From the NCBI RefSeq assembly GCF_003704095.1, contig NW_020843886.1:1-64000 (forward strand): DNA of 64,000 bases, given 5' to 3'. The notes under the pieces were generated by a model. That model was not told the DNA's origin. It saw only the letters and a list, made by a program, of their open reading frames with translations, and did no database searches. Below are positions 1-12,348 of the stretch, piece after piece; position 1 is the stretch's first letter; each line of letters begins with the position of its first letter. Made by a program: the position numbers and the translations under genes. This DNA comes from Pocillopora damicornis (taxonomy: Eukaryota).

Positions 1-754
1 GCCAAACTGCTGTCAAATGAAAACATACTGTACACAAGGTAAAGAATCAGAAGGCTGAATCCTAGGCTAAATGCTTGAGTTGTAATGCTGTCGAGTACCA
101 GGGACAGACCACGTCCATGATGGTCTTCTTGACAAAATATGGCTGAAGACACTGACTTAACCTATAAAAGAGGACTCGACATCAAAATGGTGTACATGTT
201 AGGGAAGAGATAAATGCTGTTTAGGATGTTTAGCTCTAAAAATAATCTTTATATAAATAGAAAGGATTTATTGACCCTTTGGACGACAAAGGCTGTACAT
301 ATGGTATATAAGGGCCAAGAGACAAGTCAAATCAGTGAAAGAAATAATTAAAAAATACAACATGACATGGTTATAAACCATAACTGTTTGAAGGCAGACC
401 CGTTAGCTATTTGCAAGACTCGACCCAGTACATTTAGACCAGGTTGTAAGTGTAGCCTGCCTACAACTCGGCGACGCGTCCTCCTGCTTCCACTCTTACT
501 CCAGATTTTCACCAAAAAATGCAGAAACGTAAACACTCTGCGTGGGTTGGCGGTTAAATTTTGTTCGACTGATCTAGAAGCGTTTAACATCCATAACAGG
601 TAGTACTTTTTAGTTAGTTCGAGCATCATAAGAATCATCGAGGCATCGAATTTACATAGAATTTACCATTGAGGCATCGAATTTTCTAATTTCGCTCGAA
701 ATAACGACTTACCAGTAGGCAGACAACAGCGATCGCAGAGAAAATGTTTCCCAT
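1..754 (-). CDS. TNFR-cluster receptor A, 5' part (signal peptide, CRD1-start remnant, putative TM); runs off the window edge
   Basis: Exon 1 754-713 MGNIFSAIAVVCLL|GTAAGT. Exon 2 starts at 161 after ttttatAG and reads VKSVSSAIFCQEDHHGRGLSLVLDSITTQAFSLGFSLLILYLVYSMFSFDSSL. Exon-1 size and phase, and the CQEDH motif, match receptor C (MEICQLRHYVFFCVL|VNQANAAQVCREDQH). Confidence 0.55.
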
Positions 755-1230
755 TTCAAAGTCTAAATTTTCAGTGCTAAGCGTCCCAGTGACGTGATTG
801 GGTTATACCTGTCACAAAAGCCACAAATTAATGTATAATATCAAAGGAAACTATGTCGTTTTGGTTAAGTACGCAACAGATCTTACTTGTGTCCTTCGGT
901 GTTTGGTTAAATCTAATTCCGTTTAAACTTGCTGACAAAATTTATGCCAAAGAAGAGCAAGCTTTCGAAAGTGAAAGCTATTTCCATGAATTAAAAGGTA
1001 ACAATCCTATTTTAGAAAGGGAAAACCCCGTGTTCTGACATGGGGATTCCCCGAGTCGAACCAATGAAATTGAAATCGTGGGTAAGCGAAAACCAATCAA
1101 AGGGACAAAGAGTAGGTCACGTGAATAAATTTTAGCTTACGTTTTAGTTACTGTGACCCTAAAGGCGAGATATCCTTCAGTTTCTGCTAAGCAGATTAAT
1201 GAATTGTGGTCTTGGAAAGATACTGAAGCA
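755..1230. promoter_or_regulatory. Bidirectional promoter A with NF-kB, IRF and CCAAT motifs
   Basis: GGGAAAACCCC 1019-1029, palindromic GGGGATTCCCC 1042-1052, GAAAGTGAAAG 967-977, CCAAT boxes on both strands; lies between divergent ATGs at 754 and 1231. Confidence 0.65.
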
Positions 1231-3664
1231 ATGGCCGCAGAAAATACAAACAGAGACAATATGGTAAATTCTGAGCACTGATAGCAATTGTCCCTCGCCA
1301 CTTACAATTGTAGCTTTATTTTATCCGCTGTTCTTCACTTCACTTTCGAAACAGTTATCTTATTTGCATCAATATTTTCGTTTTCCATAGCTCTCCATTT
1401 AAATATAAATAGAAGATCGTTTGCCGAAAAATTAAAACAACAATTTTCATTTCATTTTGTAGAGCGATGAAGATGGGGATCGGTCTCTAGAGGGCAGAGA
1501 TAACAACGAGGGGCTCCTTGCCATAGGGAGTGATGCACAGTATAATTCTGACAGCGACTCTGACTTGGAAGAAAATCGGACCAGGACAGCACGTAGAGAC
1601 GACCTTTCGGAACGATTAAGAGAACAAAGTGAATTTTGTTCCTGTAGTTTAGAAGGGCAACCTACTTTAACGTCCAGCAGAACTCCTGAAATGGTCTGTA
1701 GGCTATGCAGTAAAGCGATAATTCGAAACCGCACTCAGCAAGGAAAACCCAATAAATCCAACCTGAATCCAACTACAACGGAAGAAACCTTCTTAACCGT
1801 TGTTCCAGAGTCGTACAAGGGACATTTGCTGTCGCTTTCCAGTTTATCCCTTGAAGATGAGATCTGCAGCAACTCGACAACAGCATCTTTGCCAACAGTG
1901 TCTTCTGAACCTCAGCGGAAGAAAATTCCTGTACCACGTAAGTTCGATAAGTTTGAGCTCTTGTGCTCAAAGACGGTGTGTGTAAACTGTACTGCTCTTT
2001 TCTTTTCATTCGAGAAGTAACGATTTTGATTTCTCTGTTTGAGAGCTATGTTTATCGCATCATTATCCAGCCAGTCAAATTAGTCCTCGACTTAAAACCC
2101 TTTCAAACCCCGCATAATTGTACATGTCCAAATTAACGAATCTCACTCTTCCAAAATAGTCTTCAACTTAAAATCTGCCTTACTTCGTTTACAGCACTGG
2201 GCCACGTAAAACACGATAGAGGAGCTGTTCAGTGTAAAGAAACTCTCACAATCTATATCTGACCACCATTTTCATGAACGTATCTTTGGAAGGACTTATT
2301 TGCATCTACGTACGTTATTTTTATTCCATGTCCTCCGCAGATGTGTGTGACCATTCGGTGCAGCATCCATCGCCTGGTCTAACAGTGGTGCTCTTCCTTT
2401 TTGAAAGGAGCCATCAAGAAAGGAAAGAAAAGTTATTCATACTTTACATGATCCCTGAAAAAGAGCAACAGGTGAGTGTAGGAAATTGAATTCCTTCGCA
2501 ATTCAAAGTTTTCATCGTTGAATAGTAATTGACACTTGGACATCTTTTTTTTTCCTTTAAGGTATATGAGACAATTTTTCAAAGTTACAAAAATGAGGGA
2601 ACCGAGCAAGGTTACTCAACGAGACAAATTTCATTTTGTGTTAACAATGGCAAAAGCCAAGATTTTCATTCTGTATTTGTTCACGAGCAAATTAGAATTT
2701 CATTTGAAATTGAGGATCAACAGCAACAAAACTTCGTCTCTCCTGAGGATGCAAGACGCCGAGAATTTGTAAGTACATTTGAAACACAAAAATTAAATCA
2801 TTCAGTCCGGATTACACCTTTTATGATAGTTCAATGTTTCGTTATTCATCTTTTATTAGCTTTTAATCCAAACATAGTTTTCTATAGATGTCAAGTTCTT
2901 GTTGGACACTCGTGAATTTCTAGGATTAAGAGTGAACAATCACTCTTGTCAGTGAGTCTTCTGATATCAAGCAAAGGATTATATCTCTTCGCACTGTGCT
3001 TTTCGACGGTTATGAATTTCTGATTCTTTAGGTTTTTAGAGTTGCCAAAATTGAATGTGAGAGCAAAAACCGAGTAGCACCAGGAGCCAAGTCCCATTTC
3101 CGACTTCAGTATGTTGGTGAATCCGAAAATCCTTGTCAAGAACAAGGAAAAATCACCTTAGCCATCGATGCAGAGACACAGTGTTCCCTGTACTTTCCCA
3201 TCGCATTTTGGGTAAGTCTCGTTTACTTTCAGAGTAAGTGATAGCAAAAAGAGTTTTAAAGAATAGTACTTTTCTGAGCAAGCATTTGGTAATAGGAATA
3301 CTGACTGTTAGAATTGGTGGGTTTGGCAAAATAAATTTTCCCAATGAACGCCTATCGCCAACATGTACAATACATTTTTTCTATTTTTTTTTTCAAGTCG
3401 TGAGGCCACCTTGTCATCTATTAAAATATTGTTTTTCATAACCTTTGTAAACTTATTTATTTTGTGATGCAAACCTCCTTTCTCTTTATGAATTGTATTG
3501 TAATTTAAGACTTATAGCATGGTCGTGAAGGTAAATTGTGTCATGATTATCGATTGAAATACCAGCTCCAATTATGACATCTCCTAAGTCGCAATTCTAT
3601 TATCTGAGCTCACTTTAATCTTGAACATTTTTCTCAACAGAGCCCAGTGACAGCAGCTGATTAG
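1231..3664 (+). CDS. UPA-like adaptor A: acidic N-terminus, CxC...CxxC motif, C-terminal UPA-like domain
   Basis: Phase-consistent exons 1231-1263, 1463-1937, 2341-2471, 2562-2768, 3032-3211, 3641-3664 with GT-AG sites. Each exon is homologous to the corresponding exon of the paralog at 20647-24464. Confidence 0.8.
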
Positions 3665-3912
3665 AGGTGAAAATAATGGAAATACTCCTGGTATCTACCG
3701 ATTACTTTGCTGAGAACATAACTTCATGAACAATCAGTCACTGTGCCAAATTTAAGTTACACTGTACTCTACAATAGTTTACGTCATTCAATTTTTTTTC
3801 TAAACCTCACCATCTGTTTTCGAGCTAAACTTATGCTTGATGAAGGGAAAATTAAAACTTTGGTTGAGGTTAGCATTGTAACTCTTGATACTCTTGATAC
3901 TTACGAATAGAA

Positions 3913-4066
3913 GGCATGGCGCAGTGGTGAGAGCACTCGCCTCCCACCACTGTGGCCAGGATTCGATTCTAGTACCTGGTGTTGTATGTGGGTTGAGTTT
4001 GTTGTTGGTTCTCGTCCCTGCTCCGAGGGTTTTTCTCCGGGTATTCGGTCTTCCTCTCTGCTAAAT
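3913..4066 (+). mobile_element. tRNA-derived SINE
   Basis: Pol III A box TGGCGCAGTGG and B-box-like GATTCGATTC, followed by GTGGGTTGAGTTTGTTGTTGGTTCTC...TTTTTCTCCGGGTA; an (ATT)n tract follows. Confidence 0.75.
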
Positions 4067-4089
4067 CTTTATTACTATCATTGTTATAA

Positions 4090-4091
<2 letters not shown>

Positions 4092-4127
<36 letters not shown>
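4092..4127. repeat. (ATT)n microsatellite
   Basis: Directly visible; gives the spurious poly-Asn ORF 3969-4190. Confidence 0.95.
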
Positions 4128-6672
4128 GAGTAAGGGAATGATATGGTGGGGTAGTTCATTTTCTGTGGTATGAAGCAACCACAAGCTCATCTACTCATAC
4201 TAGATTGGATGTTAATCCATTAAAGGTAACCCTCACCTTTTTTTCTGGCTTTCCCGACAAATTGGTGGTACTCTTTTTTTTCTTAGAATAAGATGACCTG
4301 GCCAAAGCTTGAAAGTGTACCTCCCAACCCAAGGTTCAGCTCACTTACCGTAGGGCTACCCCATCTCACTAACCGTTTTCATGCTAATGTACAGTGTAAA
4401 TAGCCGAATTCTCCACTGTGCAGGCGCAGGCTTACATTATGCTGCCAGGATAACAAAAATGTAAAATATTTTCCTTTATAACACCTAAATGTATAAGTGT
4501 TTCTGGTAATGTTCTTGGTGTTTGATGTGTCAAGGTAGTTTTTGTTTCGAAGTTAGTGGCTGATATCTGGAAACATACATGACAAGAAATGTCTCATGAT
4601 AGCAAAATACTCCTACATTAAACATTTCATTGACAAAAATTTTACTAAGATATTGGGAACACACCTGGCAGCAGAAATTTTAATATCGAATAATGGGTGA
4701 AATGCCTTGTGAAACTTGTGAGAAAACGTTTTAATTAGATTAGAAATCTCAGATGTTCTCTTTGTTTTTGTTTTGTTTACACCATGAGATCTAGAGATGG
4801 ATTATTTACAGTGCTCAAACTGACTTTTGGCTGAAATTACTTATAAATATTTTGCAATTAGGGAACTATATATGCATTAGTTAATATTTTGTGTGCTTGT
4901 TTTATCTTGTATTTGTCATTTTATTAAAGAGAAAGATTTATGTGTCGCATTTAATGCTTAAAGTGACTAGCTTTGGTTGCCTTCTTATCACTGTATATAC
5001 CACTGGTTGGGAGAGGTCATTAAGGTGGCAGCTAGCTTTAATTGTTTTGGCTTTTTTGTTGTACTTTTCCTATCGGAAAAAGAATTCTAGACACAGTTGC
5101 CTTAATAAATTGCCTTTTTATTCTGTCCTCAGTGAAAATGATGAAATGGTGATGATGAAGGAGACAGAGATGATGATAATTGGTTGATTGAGATTGAAAG
5201 TAGACAAGAAAGCTATGCAATGAAACAGTAAAATATTTAATAGTTCCCCAGTGCTGTAGATTGAAAATGTAGGCAAAGAATAATTCATAAAATAAGAATA
5301 TTTTATTAAAAGTAAACGATATATACACCATCGTTGACTTACACAGATGTGCGAAGTGAACTGACACCAGGTGATAATCTAGTTAAAAAGACTTAAACCG
5401 CTACAAGTCTTCATCTACTTATTTCTACAGGTACATTCGGTGCATGAAAATGGCTGGCTATTAAAGCTATAATGAACGCATAAATACATACAATTTACGG
5501 AGGAATGAATACAAAAGATTGTATTCCTTTAACACCTGATAACCAAAATGTAAAGTTCAATTGAAAACCTGCTACTTTAAAAATTATCTTCAATTAGTAA
5601 AAACGACAAAAATTTGAATATGGTAACATATATATTTACACATTCTAAAACAATACAAAAAATTTTTGGTGTTCTTCACCTTAAAAAAAGATCTAAAAAT
5701 TCTAGGTAAAATAACTTGGCTGTGAGGTTTCTCCATTCTGATGGGAGATTCGAACTTCAAAACCTTCACAGCGTTTGTTTAAAGATTGGACATAAAAGAC
5801 TAAAGTAATAATTAGGCTAAGGTTTTTTCCATAGACAATATCCATAAGATAGGGCACGTTTAATACACTTGACAACATAGACACTTTAAACATGTACAAA
5901 TCTATTCAAGCCTGCATAAAAGATGCACTCTTCAATACCGCAGTGACTGTAAATGGTGCTTGACCTCCAAGATACATAACATAAACAGATCAGATCATAA
6001 ATTTATAATTTAAAAAAATAGAACTAAATTAAGAAATAAAAAAAAATTACTCTTAAAAAATAAATCTTTTAGTATAAAAATAGACCAAAAAGTATTTCCT
6101 TGATATGATGGGAAATTAAAATTTAAAAAATCGTTCCAAAAATTACTGAGTTCGTTATACAAATAGAGCTGTTTTAGCAGTGTACAGAATAGTTTCATCT
6201 CCGTCACTAGATGGACACGTTAATTCATTTCATAACTATGAACGATAATTGTTGCAGCACCAATTACCTCATATCAACAATTACACCTCAGTTAATGGAA
6301 TGAAACTTCAAACAATCGGCGTCACAATAACACAATAACAACAATGAAATTTCTCAAGTGAACAACGTTATGTAACAGTGCTTAAATCTCAGCTGAGTTT
6401 GAAACCAGGCTGAGATTTTTCCTTCAAAATGGAGGCAAATTTTGTTCTGCCTAACAGGCCACTTTGGTAAGTGGGGGCTCGTGTTAAGGGGTCCTGGGGA
6501 AGAGAATCTGAGCACTCTCACATTCTTAGCAAACATACATCTCTGTAGTATATGTTTTTACAGTCACTAAACAATCACATGCACGTTTTCAACTTAATCT
6601 CTACAAAAATCAAATAAAGTTTGTGGTCAACTATTGAGGTGAGTGATGTCAAATAAACACTATATACATATT

Positions 6673-9600
6673 TCACACATCAGTTAATTCTTTGGTGGCC
6701 TTTGCATCAAATATTGCTTTCAACCGATTAGCAACATCAGTTCTCCCAGCTTCTCTCCTCACCACATTAGCAAACTCCCAAACTGTCAGTTCTGGCCTTT
6801 CAGTTGCCAACCATTCAATCACTGCTTTTGATTTTTGATCCTGAAACCTTGCTTTTATTTTGAAGTAATTGGCACCATAAAAACGAGCAATTATCTCATA
6901 GGCCAGTTTTCCACCAATGGGTGTGTCTAAAAGTTCACAAATTGTTTCCAGTTCACTTGAGTCCAATAAGCTTCCTATTGGCTTAGAATCTGAAACACAG
7001 ATTGAACATGACAAAATATATCAGAGAATCCCTGTGTAAAGGTACTGTAATTAGACTATAACACTCAATATACTATTTAAATGATATATTCTTTTCTACT
7101 ACACACACCAAAAATTTTAAAAAAACTTTTTCCCCAAATGAATTAATTTCAATTCATGTTTGGGACAACTAAGGCCTTCAAATTACAAATGAACTTTACA
7201 GTCGGGTACTCTCACTGGAATTTTTACTTTTATAGCAGTAGCATTCAAATTCACTCAGCCCTCAATTTCTGCAAATGTCTTAAATGCATTTTTCCTGTAA
7301 AAATAATCCTCGAATTTTTACCTATTTAGTCCATTTATTTAGCATTTTTCAAACTTGTGAGAAGAGTTCAGATCCACTGTAGGCATGACAAGTATTAATA
7401 ATAATTATACCTGACTTCACCAACTGTTCTGCATTGTGGCAAGCGCTTGTACACAACTTTCCATCACCCTACGATGTAAACCACAATTGATATACATCCT
7501 AAATGGCTCATGCATAGATAATTATATCATGTATAAGCTATCAAAGTGAGTACAACTATACCCATGAAAGGTGAAACCTAAAAAAAGTATAGTTTTGAAG
7601 CAAAAATATTGCCATGCACCCTCACTAGTAGACGCTAATTACAGGCATCCAGACATCATGATAAAATAAACTGGAATTCAGAAACAAAATTAATGAATGG
7701 GTCAGACTGGCCCATTTTACAATTTGCTTGGCTCCTCTTTAACTTTATACCATTTTTTATTTTATCCCTATTGCACCATAAGGCTTGAACAACAAGAGCA
7801 TTATTTCACTTGTGTTTCTATGATACTTATAATTCCTTACTGCACCCCTGACTTACACAACCATTCTGGATAATAAAGGACTTACAGAGCCACATTTCTT
7901 TTATTGTAACTTCAGAACATTTCTGTTTCAAATGGGAGAGATTACCATATATTTTCTCTGTCCAACTGGAATAGAAAGTTAAAAATTAAAGAACTTCATG
8001 TTCACCTACAAGTGGACTGCCTGGGCACTAACTCATACATTCATTACCTCTAACAGTGGTTCACATAATTCAACTGCTGCTAATCCAGAATTATAATGAA
8101 CTTTGGTACTTTTCTTCTTATGTGTTCCCCCATCTGTTGGTAGTATGGTAAAAATTGTTGACTATACATTGAAAGTAATTCGTAATGCATTAAGGACATC
8201 CAAAAATCCCCCAAGTATAATATTAGTGATTGCTTGTAATTAGACAGCACCTAACTTTTGTTACAGAGGGCGAAATTTCTTTTCTCACAAAGTCATAATG
8301 AACATGTAAAGGAGATACTACACAACAACAGTTAATTGTGACAATTTTAGTGGATCAGATTTTGTCACATAAAAATCATACCTTAAATCTTCCCTAATAT
8401 ATTTATTTTGTCTCTGACAACTAGTACACCACATGTAAGATTCTTGACTGAGAATTACCTGGATCAACACAACTATGCATTGGTGACCGTGACTTGCAAA
8501 AGCATGTTAGGTAAATTCCACTCCCAATTACCAGAAGTAGTAGTGCCACAGTGGCTGCAATTGATATACAAGAGTTATTGCAATCCTTGTTTTTAGAAGC
8601 AAACCAACTACCAACCCCAGAATGGGTTATATTTTCTAATCTGTAACCCACATCGGCACTGGTATTAGTTAAGGCTACAGTGACTATGTGACTTGATGTA
8701 GTGGCAGCTGAACTCTGACTTGATTCAGTGGTAACCTGAGGTACAAATTTTGGGGTTGATTTAATATTGCATCTATTGACACTGCTGTGGAAAGAGCAGA
8801 TCATGCTTGATTGAGATCCCAACTTTTCTATACATTCACTCTCCACCACATCTCGATCATCATTGCAGCACTTGGAACATTTAAGACAATCTCCTTTGGA
8901 TTCATCATAATACCTGTTCAAAGGGAAGAGTAAGGAATAAAAAATTATCTTTTTTGGCTGACATATAGAGTAAAACATTAAATGTCAATGTCATCATCAT
9001 TCTTGTTATCATGTCAATGACAGAATTAAAAAAAACTAGAAGCATTGATTTTTCTAAAATTTTTGCCCAACATTTTAAATAAATGGCAATCTAGTAATGG
9101 ACAACCAACTAAGTGGCTCCACTTGCCCACCATTTACAGGTCAATTGGAATTTGAAATGTTGGTTTTTGCAGAGGGAGGAAAACTTAAGGACCCAGAGAA
9201 AAACCTGATGACTGGAGAAAACTCCACTGCACCACCCCTGTGCCATTCCTGCAAGGAAACATTAAATGCCTGAACAATGACAATTAATTTCTATCAGGCT
9301 AGTTTCACTAAAATTTCCTATACCAATAGGCAAATGCCAGGTATTTAAATGTAAATCAAAGCCAAACTAGGAAAATTCTGCAGTTAATCAGATTTTAAGT
9401 TGGAATTATAGTAATTCCAAGCACCCTTTGACACCCTCCCTCCCTTTCACCCCATGGCCACTTCAAGTACAGCTGTTACATGATGTACCTGTCTTTGCTG
9501 TAACATCTCTTTCCACATTCAATGTCTGCTTGACGTGAGCAGTTTTTCATCACCACCTGGTCCTTGGAGCAAGATGAACAAGGAATGCAGACAGATATGC

Positions 9601-9793
9601 TAAATTCATTGGAAAATGACTTTCCCAGTTGGCATGGAACACAGAACACTGTTGCATCAGGTGTTAATGGTTTTGAATTTCCACATTCTGGTGAGATAGT
9701 CTGGCCTGGAGGGCAAGCCTGACAGTCTATACACTGTGGTGGACCATCTGCATTTTCAACCCAGTGTTGGCTTTTCTTGCAAGGATTTGTAGG
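6673..9793 (-). CDS. TNFR-superfamily receptor B: EDAR/TROY-like CRDs, TM, C-terminal death domain
   Basis: Exons 9793-9489 (CKKSQH..CIDCQACPPG..ECG..CVPCQLGKSFS..CIPCSSC..NCS..DIECG), 8913-8459 (YYDESKGDCLKCSKCC, S/T-rich stalk, TM ISIAATVALLLLVIGSGIYLTCFC), 8133-8048, 7468-7411 and 6989-6673 (death domain ICELLDTP..YEIIARFYG..SKAVIEWL..LTVWEF..GRTDVANRL). All phases are compatible; the first exon is uncertain because of the gap at 9832-9930. Confidence 0.88.
9140..9240 (-). mobile_element. Degenerate SINE fragment in an intron of receptor B
   Basis: Reverse-complement similarity to the 3913-4066 SINE (GAGGAAAAC..CCAGAGAAAAACC..CACTGCACCACCCCTG). Confidence 0.55.
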
Positions 9794-10059
9794 CTAAAAG
9801 GTAAATGTTACCTGAACTTCAATTCAGATTTNNNNNNNNNNNNNNNNNNNNNNNNNNNNNNNNNNNNNNNNNNNNNNNNNNNNNNNNNNNNNNNNNNNNN
9901 NNNNNNNNNNNNNNNNNNNNNNNNNNNNNNNACACCGCCGCAAATTTCAACCCAAGCCAATTTTTGCCGAGTGGACTTCAGTTACCCTAATATTCAGAAA
10001 CGCCAATTCGTTATTACACTCTTTGCTCTGAATTTCGCCTGGCGGCGTTAGTGTCTTGT

Positions 10060-10578
10060 ATGATTTTCGTTTCATTTCTCATGTAGAAGGATCGAGGCTG
10101 CTAACATTTTGCAAGGGCTGTCTCAACTTATGCCCTGTCTCAACACACATCAGGTGTGAAATTTTCCTTGGGCACCGTTAGCAGTTGAACAGGAACGGTT
10201 TCATTTTCATTTTGAACGCCGCGCAGAATAATAACGACCTACGCGTTTTCTTTAAATTTAAAGGTACGTGAAGGAATCACAAGAATTCTTGAAGGCAAAG
10301 TGCTGCGTTTGCGGTTGGGAAAATCCCGCCAATATTTTATCGGTTTCTCAGTCACAAGAATATCATGTGATGACAATCACCCTTCAATGAACTGATCGCA
10401 TTTCATTTGATTGGTTGCAGGCGCACGTGAATGAAATCGATGACGTAACGTTTGTAAACAAAACAGCTAGCGTATTTTTAAAGAACCTACGACGAAAGTC
10501 CACCGTCTTTCCTGTTGAAAGTCTACGTATTCACATCGCCGTGAATTTGCGAATTCAGCGGAAGATCTTTTTACAGAA
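10060..10578. promoter_or_regulatory. Bidirectional promoter B with NF-kB, IRF, CCAAT and CRE motifs
   Basis: GGGAAAATCCC 10317-10327, TTTTCGTTTCA near 10064-10074, ATTGG near 10410, TGACGTAA 10441-10448. Confidence 0.55.
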
Positions 10579-12348
10579 ATGCTAAATGGATGTTTCTCAA
10601 GCAAGGCCTTGGAATATCCATTTTTAGCCGTCGCTTCCGTCGAGATTTCGAACTCTCTGAAGAATCATGACGCAATACGAGAAAATGGTACAATTTGTCA
10701 TTTCGTTTGCTTGTTTGTGACGATTTCTCTCGCTTTTGGATTTAGCATGCAAACTTTTGAGCTTAACGCAATATTTTCTTTCCAAACGTCTTCTCCCCGA
10801 TACAGGTGGTTAGCGTTGAGAAGAGATACGTCACAAGACACCGACCGCAACGATCCCTCGAAGAAAGCAATCATTGGTCTTTTTATCGAAAGGTGAGCGA
10901 CTTTTTTTAACTCTTCGGTTCTTAAAGGTCTGATATAGCTGATCTAAACGTTATCTCCTCCATGTTTTGACCGTTTTAAGTCTGCGTAATATTGCATGCC
11001 TTACTTACGTAGGCGTGTCGGAGGCGTATGACGCCATATAAGCGAATGTGCTGTCATAAGCATATTCCTGTCAACAAAAGATTACTCTTCTTCATATGAG
11101 GTTTTACATGATGTAGAGAATGTTTCAAGCGAATGATGTTACGATGAAATAAGCCTAGGCTTTGAAACTACGCATTCGTGTTTCAGAAGAGATTGAAAAT
11201 TTAAAGCAGGTAAGGAAATTGTTTAGGACATAAGTTAATTTTTGACCCATTGTGCTAAAAAGTGCACAGTCATTTAAAGCAAGAATTCGAATTTGACATA
11301 TTCTTAAATTTGCATTTAATTTTGAGTACAACCTACACAATCTTTTCTTGATTTTTAATGGTGTTGTTTAGATTATAGTTAAGGATAGTGGGTCCACAGC
11401 TGTTTATAGTTGCCTATTTTATCAATTTACAAATAATTGTATGTTTGGAGATAAAATGACACAGGGAATATGGTTCATTTTGTACCACAGAGCTGTTAAT
11501 TATTGGACTTACTTCACTAGTTTAAATTCTGGTTACTTTTAATTTTTGCTCTCAAGCTGCATGATATTCTGTATCAGTATAATAAGTTCAATTTCAGTTA
11601 TCAATTGTTCCATCAATATCACTAATAAGTGTTCCTGGTATGCATCATTGTATTGCATCATCTGCATTTAAAGTATTGTTCACAAAGTTAAAGGAATGCC
11701 TTGAAGCATAATTATTGCATCATCTTTACTGTCACTTAAATTGTCTGACATCGCCTTTTTAAGTTAATTCACCTTGAAATGTGTAAACAAAAGATTATTT
11801 TGTTTTATCCAAGGTTTGCATGGTATTGAAAATGCCTGAAGTAAATGTTACATTATAATAAGTCTAGGCTTTGAAATTTCACAGTCATGTTTAAGAAGAG
11901 ATTGGACATTAAAATTAATTTTACTAAAAAGTGCACTGTCATTTGAAGCAACAATTCTAATTTTAGGTATTATGAAATTTACATATGATTTTAAGAAAAA
12001 TCTACTCAATTTTGTTTAATTTCTATTAGTTTTATCTAGATTATAGTTAGGGTTATAATTATAGTTAAGTAGTATTCACAGAGTTGAAGAATGCCTTGAA
12101 CCATAATGCATCATTCTTTCTGTCACTTAAATTGTCTGACATTTTTTGTTGTTGTTCCATCTTGAAATGTGTAAATAGTTAATTTTCTTTAAGTTTATGC
12201 AAAGAAAGTGTTCTATTATTTTGAGTGTTAATAAAGTTAGTNNNNNNNNNNNNNNNNNNNNNNNNNNNNNNNNNNNNNNNNNNNNNNNNNNNNNNNNNNN
12301 NNNNNNNNNNNNNNNNNNNNNNNNNNNNNNNNNNNNNNNNNATTTTAG

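Noticed and set aside
348-638. 96-aa ORF and its antisense ORF 367-603
   Set aside because: They lie in predicted intron 1 of receptor A and show no recognisable motifs.
2196-2340. Extra exon of adaptor A after the TTTACAG acceptor
   Set aside because: The phase-compatible frame hits TGA; homology with adaptor C supports the acceptor at 2340.
3913-3985. tRNA gene
   Set aside because: A and B boxes are present but there is no complete cloverleaf, and the sequence continues into a SINE body.
7884-7965. Additional exon of receptor B
   Set aside because: It introduces a stop or phase conflict; the 8048 to 7468 join is already phase-consistent.
11150-12180. Degenerate direct repeat in an intron of adaptor B
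   Set aside because: AT-rich local duplication with no ORF or structure.
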